Positions 36,386 through 47,639 of a stretch of 64,000 bases of DNA are shown piece by piece. The notes under the pieces were generated by a model, which did no database searches, was not told where the DNA came from, and worked only from the letters and a program-made list of their open reading frames with translations. How positions within the stretch are numbered: the first letter of the stretch is position 1; every line of letters starts with the position of its first letter. The position numbers were made by a program, and so were the translations under genes. The DNA comes from Callorhinchus milii (Eukaryota): positions 24,616,001 to 24,680,000 of the forward strand of contig NW_024704743.1 in assembly GCF_018977255.1 (NCBI RefSeq). Reading direction: 5' to 3'.

Positions 36386-37429
36386 AGTTGTGATGATAAT
36401 AGCAGCAAAGTAGCAATTTGAAACATGACAATCACTAATTCAAGGACAACTGTTAGATATCAAAAAGGTCACCCAGCATTCCGTTTAGGTAAAATCTGTT
36501 AAGCCACGTTTATTCAAACAAAAATACCATTGAACTTGTAAAAATTAAATTGAATATTGTTATATGATTCAAAATTCACCCATACTTTGAAAACTTCATG
36601 TGATGTCCAGTGAGAAGTGTTTAGAAAAGAAAACAATGGTTTCATCAGACTTAGAAGCTTCCAATCCTGGTTTAAGCGCTCCGAAACACTACCCCACATG
36701 AAGGGACTTATATAAATGCAAGTTGTTATTAAGCATGTTCACACAATAGACATCTATTTCGCTCACTTCATTCTACTTAACAGAGATAGGTTAAGGGTTA
36801 AACAGTAAGCTCTGTATTTATAACTTTTGACCCAACGTGGACAAATAGAAGAGATTGAAATTGGATTTCACGTGCAAAGTTTTCCAATCTCCCAAGTATT
36901 AGCATCCAAGTACTTGGCTAAACTTGGCCCAACTTCTTTGCTTCTTTCTCACATCAGAATGAAAAGCTACAGCTTTAGAAAGAATTTTGTTAAGTAACTT
37001 TGTTACGCATTCTGCGTACATTTCTTGATCAGTTTATAATCTGATCTTTCAGCAATAACTCCCAATCATCACATATTTCATAACACAGCCACTATGGAAT
37101 TCCCAGAGACGTCCAGAAATTAAATGACCCATGCTGTGCTTTAGATTTTATCTTACACGGGCAATTTACTGGTAATTAAAAAGAACACAACATTTTGGAT
37201 AATTTAAAGTATTTAGAATGCAGGAAGATACAGATGAAAACGAATCCCACAAACTGGATATTAAACCCACAGTATAAAATGAATCCAATTCAGAATAAAC
37301 AAATTAGGGTAGATTCTTTGATCATTGGGAAAAACTCACCCTCTGAGCTATCATCTTAACTTTTGAAATTGATGAGGTAGATGGTATGCTAGAGAGAGCT
37401 GTATTCTATATCTGGATTGAAAGGGTTCA

Positions 37430-38420
37430 TGCAGGGAATGAAAAAAGTGAAGCTGGAAAGCAACAACTCATTCCAGTACCTTGGAGAAGAAAGGCAGGTT
37501 GGAGATGGGACTATAGTTAAAGAACAGGGATAGGTCAGGGGAAGTCTTTTTGGAGAGGAGTGTGATGGGTGAGGATTTTAAGGGGGTGAGAACTGTGCTG
37601 ATGGACAAAGAGCAGTTGATGACCACAGTGAGTTGTGAGAATAGGAGCAATTGTGGGAGATGATGGGGGCAACAGTGTTCAGGATATTAGTGAGGAAGTT
37701 ATGATGGAGGGTGACTAATAAGGTCACTCCAGCAGAAGGCCAGAAGGGCAGGAGTTCAGATGACTGAAAGGCAGTAGAGAGGAAGTAGAGGGAGATTTAT
37801 TTCCAGGCGCAGAAGGACATGGAAGTGGGTTGGATGACAGGGGAATGGAGCTGTTAAGGGAGATTAAATAATGATCTGAGATGGGTGTACCAGTGATATT
37901 GATGCCTGAGATAGCGAATCACAAGGTCAACTTGGGTGGCAGAGTTAACATGGAGAGAGAGGTTGAGAAAAGAGAGCCGAAAGGAGCATAACAAAAGTCC
38001 ATAGAGAGTAAGAAGGGACAAAGCAAAGGTTGAAGTTGCCCAAGATCAGGAGGTGTTCAGAGCAGAGGTCAAGGGAGGATAAAAGGGAGTAAATTTCAGA
38101 GAGTAAAGTGCTAAAGAGATTGAGGGGGCAATAGATGAGGAGGATTTTTAGGGATAGGTTGGAGGGAGGTAAAAAAAAGAGTGAGGTGTTCAAATGAGGG
38201 CAAGGTTCAGGAGAAGTAAGGGGATAGAACTATTGGAGACCTGCAGGTAGGGGCCATGTCATCACCACAGCAGTTGGGTCAGCAGTATCCTGGAAGGTAA
38301 ACTAGTTGGGGTGGCTTCAATGCGCAGAAAAGTGTCGCCAGCATTTATCCAGGTTTTGATGAGAGTGAGGATGTCAATATTTTCGTCTACGATGATGTTG
38401 TGAATGGTGATGAGAAAGAG
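37430..38420 (-). mobile_element. old degraded L2 (endonuclease to RT start), antisense
   Basis: minus-strand ORFs LKILLIYCP...LLILGNFNL and [16 protein letters not shown]. Confidence 0.75.
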
Positions 38421-39143
38421 AGCAGACAATTTGCAGGGTGATATGGAGGAGTCAGACAGCAGAGGAGTTTGCAGGACAAGTTCGGGAGGGAGGAGGATTG
38501 ACAGGAAGAGTGGGTCAGTGAATGAGTGAAGAGAGGCTGGGAGCTTGTGGGCTTTGCGGTGGAAACAGAGGATGGGGCTGTCAGGGTGTCAGACAACTTT
38601 CAGACAACCAGCAGGGTGTGCCACAATGAGCTAGCTCTGAGGTAGGAAGACACAACAAGTTCAAGAAAATCATATCTGTCGTAAAGCCTATGGTGGTCAT
38701 AACTGGGCAAGTGTACCGAAAATGAACTGACCTAGGAATGCTTAATGCTGACACTGCGTACCAAAATAGGAAAATATGAGAAACCCCAAAAATACCAGAA
38801 CTGAAGCTTTACAAAAAAGTAACCAACAGTTTAGCAACAAATGCGATGTATAGGATTCAGCCTAGTTCAGTTGATAACAACAATAACAACAACAACTTGC
38901 ATTTATATAGTGCTCTTCATACGGGCAGCTTCTCGGAACACTTAGCACTGTTGACTCTGAGTCAGAAGGTTGTGGGGTTAACCATACCGGGATTTTCAGC
39001 TCATAGTCTGGACTAAATTTACATCTGCCGCAGTACTCCGCCTTCCCCGACACGCCTCGCAGATACTTTCCTCTGACTCTCACTGCGAGAAAATGCTGGA
39101 CTTTCTCAAGTCCAAAATTGAGGGAATCCGCTCAGCTGCCACT

Positions 39144-39879
39144 TGTTAGAATTTACACTTTTTGTATAATGTTAGAATCAAAATAGATGTTGCGAACGGG
39201 TTAACTTTTAAGTTAAGTGTGTTGTGGGCAGCTGGACTGAAACTCCCTGCACGTACACGAGATAATGGACTGTCTCAAGGACAGTGGATTTGTGTGTGTG
39301 AGGCACGTACACACCATGAGGTGTTCACGTGAACCCAGCATGATTTCGACCAGATGATCTAATGTCCGCACCATGATTGGATGAACATTCGTATAAGAGT
39401 TCCGATAACTTTGTGTACGGGGCCGTCCCGGGTCGCGGAGGCAAGGATATGGGAGATGGAGCCGTCCTGGGTCGCGGAGACAAGGATACGGGAGATGGAG
39501 CCGTCCCGGGTCGTGGAGACAAGGATACGGGAGATGGAGCCGTCCTGGGTCGCAGAGACGAGGGTACGGAAATGGAAGACTGAGAGCTGGAAACACTAAG
39601 ACTGAGGATATCAGATGGAAGATTGAAAGCTGTAAGCAAGAAGACTGAAAGCATGAAGAATCAAGCTTGTGTGCTGGAAAGACACAGTGTTGAACTCTTG
39701 AACTCGAGATATCTATAGTGGTGTTATTCTGTTGTAAGATCTGTTGATTGTACCGGCCTTTGGTCTGACCCATCGGGATATTGGGGAATAACGAACGAAT
39801 TATAATAAAACAGTCTGATATCTGGTTAGAGGAATTAGCGTTATTTCCTTGCAGATTTGGCTGATTTTATTTTCTAACA
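39144..39879 (+). mobile_element. solo LTR, 736 bp
   Basis: perfect terminal inverted repeats TGTTAGAA...TTCTAACA; 4-bp TSD CACT; internal AATAAA at ~39804. Confidence 0.88.
39422..39576. repeat. 39-bp minisatellite, 4 copies, inside the LTR
   Basis: unit gccgtccYgggtcgcggagacaaggatacgggagatgga at 39422, 39461, 39500, 39539. Confidence 0.95.
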
Positions 39880-41926
39880 CACTGCCCTCCCAACTTCCAA
39901 GCCCTCCCTACCCCCACCCCACACAATTACCCATCAAACCATTACCCATCCCTCCTTCCACACCTTTGAACCTGTCACCCCCTTCTCTGTCTTCAACACG
40001 GTAAACTCCATGAAGTCCACCACCTTCTCCCTGGACCCCATCCCCACCCCTCGCCTTAAATCCCAGCTCCACCTTTTTGCCCCACTACTCGCTGACATCA
40101 ATAACCTCTCCCTGTCATCTGGCACTGTTCCTTCCCCCCTCAAAACATCCACTATCTTCTCCACCTTGAAGAAACCTTCCCTCAACCCATTACAGCATCT
40201 AGCTACTGGCCCATCTCAAATCTCCCCTTCCTATCCAATGTCCTTGAGAGAGCCATTGCCTCCCAGTTTCACTCTTTCCTCTCCTTCCCTCAATCAACCC
40301 CTCCAATCGGGTTTCCGTGCATCCACAGCACCGAAACTGCTCTGGTCAAGGTCACAAACGACATCCTGACCATGTGTGACCAGGGCTCCCTCTGCCTCCT
40401 TGACCTCTCCACCGCCTTTGACACCGTGGACCACTCAATCCTCCTCCACCGCCTCTCCTCCCACCCCAACCTTCAACATTCTGCCCTTAACTGGTTCAGG
40501 AACTACCTTTCACACCGCCTCCACTTCGTCACGGCAAAGGGCTTCTCCTCTAGCCCCCGCTAGTGCGGTGTTCCTCAGGCTCTATCCTCGGTCTCCTCCT
40601 CTTCACCCTCAACATGCTCCCCTTTGGTGACATCATCTGCAGACATGGGATAAATTTCCACATGTTTGCGGATGACACCCAATTCTACCTTTCTGCCTCC
40701 ACCCTGAACTCCAGGACAACTGGCGTCCTATTCGACTACCTGTCCGACATCAATTTCTGGACGAGGGCCAACTTTCTCCAACAACGTCAGCAAGACCGAG
40801 GCCCTCCTGATTGGCTCGCGCCAGCGCCTCTGCACCTCAGGTGCTGGGAGCATCAGCCTCCACGGCTGCACGCTCAACCTCACTAAGCCAGTCAGGAACC
40901 TAGGTATCTTGCTTGACCCTGAACTGTCCTTTCTTCCCCACATCCACGCCATGACTGGCATTGCCTACCACCACCTCCGCAACATTGTCAGAGTCTGCCA
41001 CTGCCTCATCCCTCAGGCTGCCGAAACCCTCACCCACGCATTTGTCACATCAAGGCTCGATTACGGGAACTCCCTCCTCATCGGTCTTCCCAACTCTTCC
41101 TTTCACAAGCTGCAGATCATCCAAAACTCTGCAGCTCTTGTACCCTCATGCACCAGGCTCCACAACCCCATCACTCCCACCCTCGCCCGACTCCACTGGC
41201 TCCCCATCCCCCAGAGGATCGAGTTCTAGATCCTCGTCCTCACCTTTAAGGCCATCCATGGCCTTGCGACCTCCTACCTCTCTGACCTGCTGACTCCCTA
41301 CCAACCTGCCTGCTCCCTTCATTCATCAGGCTCTGGCCTGCTCCATGTCTCCCGCCTGACCCGCCCTACCATTGGTGGCCGAGCTTTCAGCCTCTCTGCC
41401 CCCACACTCTGGAACTCCATCCCACAGTCCCTTCACCTCACTTCCTCTCTTGCCCCTTCAAGGCCGGTCTCAAGACCCTTCTCTTCAACCGTGCCTTTGG
41501 TCTCCCTCCCACCTTTCTGCCTTCCATCACCCCACAATACCCCTCCCCCATGCTCGGGCCCCGACATCTGATTATTCAGCACTTTGGGACATCCTTCCGA
41601 CGTGAAAGACGCTCTATAAATGTAATTTTGTTGTTGTTGTGTGCTGGATTGCTAAGGGGCCACCCTTTGCATGAATTGTTCAATAACAACAGAAACTTGC
41701 ATTTATATGGCATCCGTCATGGACAATAGCATATTGGAGGGCTGTCAAAAATTTGGGCATCTTATGATATTATATGATGAATTGCTTTGTTGTCCTTGTA
41801 TTCAACTACGATAAGCCAAGAATCACATCTGCATGTGAACTAGATTCAATAGACCTAATTCTAATAAAGGCAGAGAATAAATAATCCTTGTGTTTAGTAT
41901 GGCATCTTATCATGTCATCGAAATGT

Positions 41927-42192
41927 AAACTAAGGTCTCATCTGCCTGTTTAGGTGAATCATAAAGATCCCATACTGATACAAAAATAGAAAGGAGTTTC
42001 TTCCGGTGTCCCGGGCAACAATACCTTAGATAAAAATGATCATTCACTTCATAATTGCTTGTGTGCAAATTGGCTGCTGCATTCACCTACAAAATATATA
42101 GTCACCGGTCTCTACAGTAAATCCTGTGAAGTGCTTTCGGACTTTTCCATGAAGTGATAAGGTGCTCCATCAAATGCAAGCATTAATTATTC
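41927..42192 (+). mobile_element. partial Deu-domain SINE
   Basis: aaactaaggtctcatctgcctgtttaggtg..taaagatccca..ggtgtcccgg followed by the tail. Confidence 0.75.
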
Positions 42193-42589
42193 TTATATCT
42201 TCTAAGAATATACTTTCAATAATAAAATGTAACTATTGGATTTAGATTTCCTTACCATCTGGCTTTATTAGAATTAGGTCTGTTGCATCTATTTCACTAC
42301 ATACAGATGTGATTGTTGTTAAACATAAAACCATCAAAAAAAATTATCATGTAGAACTAAGCTGCCAATATTTTTGTTTCAAGCATAGATTTGATATTTT
42401 GTTTTTGAGCAAAATAGTAAATATCTAGAAATGAGGGGTTTATATTCATTGGGCTGAAGACAAAGAAGGCACTATGTCTCCTTTAGGCTGAATTCGCTCC
42501 AAGATAATGTGCCCGGTAATGGAATATTAGATCTGAGTTAATTCTTCATGGCAGTTCCGTTAGTCCAGATCCTAAGCTTAGACAGGTCT

Positions 42590-43015
42590 ACAGTATTCCA
42601 AGGCGTTGATGATGACAGGTCAACTAGCCTGGCTCGTCAGCAGGACTTGGAGGGTCAGACCAGTCACTGGGGGCCAGGATTTTCCCCAGTCGGCTTTTGT
42701 TAGTCTTGCTAAACAAACCAGGACAAGAAGTGTACTGATAATTAGCCAAGCTATAGGAAGCTTGTCTCATACTAGTAACAATGACAAGCTATGTTGTTTT
42801 AATTGGTTAACTCCTGCAGTATCCCCACACACATTCAGGCTTGGCTCTTGCTAAATTGTGCCTAATAATTTGTGAAATTAGGTAAGCAGAGTAGTCCCTC
42901 CAGGGAAAGTGTATGCAGTCAATTCCAGACGCAGGGAAATTTCCATGTATAGGTGGCATACACATATAGAAGTTTCAGTCTGGTTTGGATATTCTTAAGC
43001 TTGGTGATGAGTTTT
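42590..43015 (+). repeat. family X copy
   Basis: gatgatgacag..gcctggctcgtcagcaggacttgg...aattaggtaagcag...tccctccaggga. Confidence 0.72.
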
Positions 43016-44427
43016 TTGTTGCTTTACATCATCCATGCAGGTGATGCCATGCATTTGTTTGTATCACAGAAACATACTATATATCGTTGCAGACACAGCG
43101 GAGTCAAGGATCAAGAAGATGACCCAAGCCGTGGTCGACTTCAGAACAAAAGCACAAAACTAACTTCAACTAGTTAACCACATGGTGAGGGCACCACATT
43201 TTGGGACATGTGTCCTCAAAACTGCTCCACTGCAAATCCGGAATCCCCATGTGTGGGAACATCTTTAAAATATTGGATGCCATGTGTACATCAGCAGAGT
43301 TTGAAAATGATCGGAGACAAACAAACATGAAGTGAGTGATTCATTTTATCTGGATGATTGTTGTCCAGGATATAGGGACTCGCTTCTCTTTTCGAATAGT
43401 GGCTTAGGACCACGCTCAGATCTCTGATCAAATTGGATTCTTCCCCCTCCCCTTCCCACTGAAAGATAGTTACCAGTGGGTCAATATAGAAATAGTCCCC
43501 ATAGTTATTAGGACTTGAGACGGAAATTGTAAATAAAGATGTCTAGTTGCAATCTTCCAACATATATATTAACATGGGTAGTTAGACCAATGTGGTCAGA
43601 ATGCCACCGGAACACTCGAAAAGCACTTTCAGAGGAATTTTCCATCCAAATCATTCATTTGGCAGAAACTACACGACAACAAAAGGATGTTGATAATTCA
43701 CTCAGTAGGATAAATATTTATCATAGCAGGTGACTTTAGTTAACGTCTATTAAAGCACTTTCATCTCATTTTCAGAGAGTGGGCAGACAGAGTGGGTCAG
43801 TGAGGGGCTACAATAACCAAGCGGCTGGGGTACAAAAGGAGCAGGAACAATGAGGGAATGCAGTGCGGGAGCCTTTTCGAGGACGGCGGGCGATTGGAGA
43901 GTGAAGTTTGGTGCGGGAGGCGGAGTAATGCTGGACTAGGTTCAGGGTACCTATTGTCAAATCACCCACCTAAACCAATGGCGAAATTCCTGGGGGAAGG
44001 AGGCGCTAAGTAGAGTATCTGAGGGACAAAAAGCCGATAAATTACCTATTTACACTCAAATATTAAACGGTATAATAGATTAAGGGCCTACTAAACAACT
44101 AAACTAAAATAATAAATAAAAGGCAAGGGATAAAACCTAATCAGTAGCACTAAGTAAATAAAAATCAATAAATAAAAATAAATAGGAAATAAATAAGTGC
44201 TCTNAAAAAAACATTAAATAAAGAATAAAAAATGGCAGCACAGGCACTGTATCAAGACTGCAGAATGTGGGGAAATTGTGGACAGGGAGACTGTCCCAGA
44301 TGATCACATCTTTGGGAAATGCCTATGTCTTGAGTCAATTTGGCTCAGAGTCTTTGAGCTGGAATACACATGGGAACACTCCAACACATAAGGGAGGAGG
44401 AAGAATATCTGGCTAGTTTACTCATTA

Positions 44428-44985
44428 ATTTTTTTCGATGGGCATCTGACACATGTGTAAAGTCATCACTATGCTTAAGAGTATCCAAACCAAGCTGTGA
44501 TTTCTATGAATCTTACCAATACATGGACATCCCAGAGATGGATTGTTGGAATGAAATGTACACTCTTGCCTAGCACTTTCTGCTAACATAATTAAGGAAA
44601 GTATTAGGCACAGGTTGGCAAGAGCAAAGCTTTGGGACCCCAGAGTGTGCGTTATGATACTGCTGGAATCTAACCAGCTAAAACCGCAGAGGTTGCTGTT
44701 AATATTGCTGTCTGGCAAGCTTTCCCGCTGCTTGTCCAGCAAGGATGAGCTTATACGTTAGGGCTTTGGCTTACACGATTAACAAGAACTGAATGTGCTG
44801 CCTCTCTGGCTCCAGTGACTGGTCTGCTCTTCCAGGTCCTGCCGATGAGCCAGGCTGACTGGGCTGTCATCAGTATTGGCCTGGAATACTACGGACCACA
44901 GAGGGCTGGCTCGATTCCCATAATCAAATGGCAGGCACATCACCTACGAGCCAATTCAGCTCCAAGGACACCCCGCTTACCTCTC
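44428..44985 (-). repeat. family X copy inserted in CR1 ORF1
   Basis: T-run followed by catctgacacatgtg...cttaagagtatccaaacc...gctgtcatcag...ttcagctccaagga. Confidence 0.78.
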
Positions 44986-45701
44986 CCCCACCCAAGGAGA
45001 ATTACAGTTGCACCACATAGAGAGAGACAGGTAAAGGAAGAGGAGCGAAGGGCAGGAGGACAGCAGCAACCTAGTGGAGGCAGAGAAGGAGGAACCGCAG
45101 GAACTGGTCCCGTCCAACAGGTACAATGTACTTGTTACCTGTTGGGATAAGGCAGAAGATTGTGGGGAGGATGAGCAGAATGCTAATAAAGGCATTGTGG
45201 AGCAAGAAGCAGTTCGGGGGTGGGGGGAGGGAGGATAGGAGCAGAAAAGAAACGTTGTAGTTATGAGGATATGATAATTAAGGGGATAGATGGTATCCTC
45301 TGCAGTGGCAATTGAGCTTCCAGGAGAGTGTGTTGCCTACCCAGTGTCAGGGTAAGGGATATTTCCTCCAGCTGGAAAGGAACTTGGAAAGGGAGGAGAA
45401 AGATCCAAATGTCGTAATCCATGTCGGATACAACGACATAGGAAAGAACAGGAAAGGGGACCTGCTAAGGGAGTATCAGAAGCTAGCAGCTAAATTAAAA
45501 AACAGGACCTCGAGGGTGGTAAACTCCAGGTTACTATCTGAGCCACATGGGGATTGGCAGAGGGATAAACAGATCAGAAACGTAAATGAGTGGCTGAAAG
45601 AGTAAGTTACCCGACTAAATGTTCTGTACACAAATGTACGTAGCATAAGAAATAAAACAAGTGAGTTAGAAGCACAAATTCAGCTTCAAAGTTATGATGT
45701 A

Positions 45702-46561
45702 TGTTAGAAAATGTAGATCTTCACATGTAATCTACTAAAATATAGAGGAAATTTAAGAACTTTAACTATATCAATTAGATAAAATAATGGTAGTTATGTT
45801 ACAGCCTTTGTTTAACTTGACCAGGAGATGACCTTACTTGGAGGGTTTGCTGAAAATAATATGTTAACAGGCCATCCTGAACTGACTCTGTCTGGTTTGA
45901 GTGAAGGCCGAAAAGACAGATAACGGTTTGCAGTTTGTCCAGAACAACTCCAAATAAGGATCGGGTCACTTAAATTGGGATGAACCAGTTGTGTGAAACC
46001 TTGGGCAGACAAAGGAATGAGTAAGGATGTTCTGAACTGAAGGCAGCTGTACGCATGATTAGGAAACCAACACACTACAATTAGGGAGAGCTGGGAAAAC
46101 TCAGCAGGTCAGGCAGCATCTGTGGAGAAAGGAAACTGAGTCAACATTTTGGGTCCACCACCCTTCGTCAGAACGTGGACCCGAAACGTTGACTCACTTT
46201 CCTTTCTCCATAGATGCCGCCTGACCTGCTGAGTTTTCCCAGCTCTCTCTGTTTTGGTTTCAGATTCCAGCATCTGCAGTATTTTGTGTTTTGTTCACTA
46301 TAATTAGGATTGCTTATGCAGCTAACAGCACAGTAGTAGCGCGGGATTAAGAGTGAGCTGACAAGACAATTGCTTTACCGTTCAGGGTCGGAGAACTGGA
46401 TTATATGATTCTGTTTTCTTTGACTCTGTAATTATTGATTGAAATGATTCTGTCTATATCCAATAAATTGAAATTGATTCTGTCTATATCCAATAAAACT
46501 TTGTTACACTACTTTGGATTGTCGGATCATATTTCCAACTCAGGGATCGGAAATCCCAACA
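45702..46561 (+). mobile_element. solo LTR inserted in the CR1 endonuclease coding region
   Basis: TGTTAG...CCCAACA termini; TSD TGTA; duplicated AATAAA block at ~46437-46497; 3' end similar to the LTR at 32845-33548. Confidence 0.85.
46086..46295. mobile_element. palindromic Penelope-type non-autonomous element with a minimal hammerhead core
   Basis: 73-bp inverted arms (46086-46158 and 46175-46247, 5 mismatches); flanking 13-bp direct repeat cactaYaattagg; CTGACGA on the minus strand; CCCGAAACGTT in the right arm. Confidence 0.8.
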
Positions 46562-47639
46562 TGTAGTAGCCATTAGACCTGGCTCAAAGCTGGGCATGAC
46601 TGGGAGTTGCATGAGTCTGAAGTTTCACATCGCTTAAAGCTACACACCAGCTTGAGATGACCAAGAAGGATAACTTCAACCGATATGACAGTCTTTTTCA
46701 TGGAAACTTCAGTTTTATTGCTTGATGGTCAGCCTGCTATGTTTGATTTAATTAGTGACTGAGGGAAAAAGACATTGAGTTCCATTGAGTTCAAAATTTA
46801 CTGACACCTGGGCCTGAAACCTATTCAAGAGAAAGAATGGATTAGCCTTTTTACTAACTTTGTAAAAACTTACTAACTTGCTAAATTCCTGGAATGCCCT
46901 GCTGCCACCCAACTTCAGTCACAACTTTCCTCGAACGCCCTTCTTGAGCCCCTATGGCCTGGTTTCCATCTGCTTACAGCACAGAAGCAGCACTCATCAA
47001 GATTACAAATGATGTCCTCTGTCCCTATGATCAGGGCTCCTTCTGCCATCTTGTTCTCCTGGCCCTCTCCAGTTCCCCACGTCCATAATTTAGGCTGACA
47101 TTCCAGTGCAGTGTGGGTGCATTGAATGTGGAAGCATTGGAATGACAGAGATGCTATTTTTCTGATGCCAATTTAGCAGAATGCTGAAGTTTTCATAATA
47201 AAATTGGATAGAGGAGGTTGTTTACCTCGCCAGCATTCTCTGGCCAGTAATCCTTCTGATGAATTGGTCATGGCTCTTGGCAAATGTCACTGTTTTGTTT
47301 GCTTGACTATAAATACTTGTGAAGTTATATGATATGGCACTGTAAAATAATGTTTTCATTGCCTTAACAAGTTTGCTAATTGTTCAAAACTGTCATTTTG
47401 TATCCATTTTGAAGAGAAGAGTCATATGTTCCTGGAAACAACTAAATTGCTGTTAATTTTCAGTTGTTAAATTTGCAGTTTGTTATGGACCATTTGTAAA
47501 CTCTATTGGATAGGAGATTAGAACAAAAATTATACAGTAACTAAATGAATTAGTTACAGGGTATAATGGAATCAATCTCATTGAGATAATTAGAATTGAA
47601 GACAAACATTTTTAATAGTGAATTGGAACATATGCTGTA

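Larger units (their letters stand above)
39030..41640 (+). mobile_element. L2 LINE, 5'-truncated, interrupted by a solo LTR at 39144-39879
   Basis: SLDPIPT, LLDLSTAFDTVDH, FADDTQ, LHWLPIPQR; stem-loop and (TTG)n at ~41580-41640. Confidence 0.92.
43780..46612 (+). mobile_element. 5' part of a CR1 LINE (5'UTR, ORF1 zinc-finger/coiled-coil and SGNH esterase, start of ORF2 endonuclease), decayed and interrupted twice
   Basis: ATG at ~44232: DCRMW..GKC..LRVFELE..TLQHIREEEEYL; RRVCCLP and VVIHVGYNDIG (esterase); LYTNVRSIRNK..ELEA..YDV|VAI..TWL across the LTR. Confidence 0.85.

Noticed and set aside
39213..39773. 186-aa repetitive ORF, or a CRISPR-like array
   Set aside because: Produced by a 39-bp head-to-tail minisatellite in an LTR; no unique spacers and no cas genes; eukaryotic context
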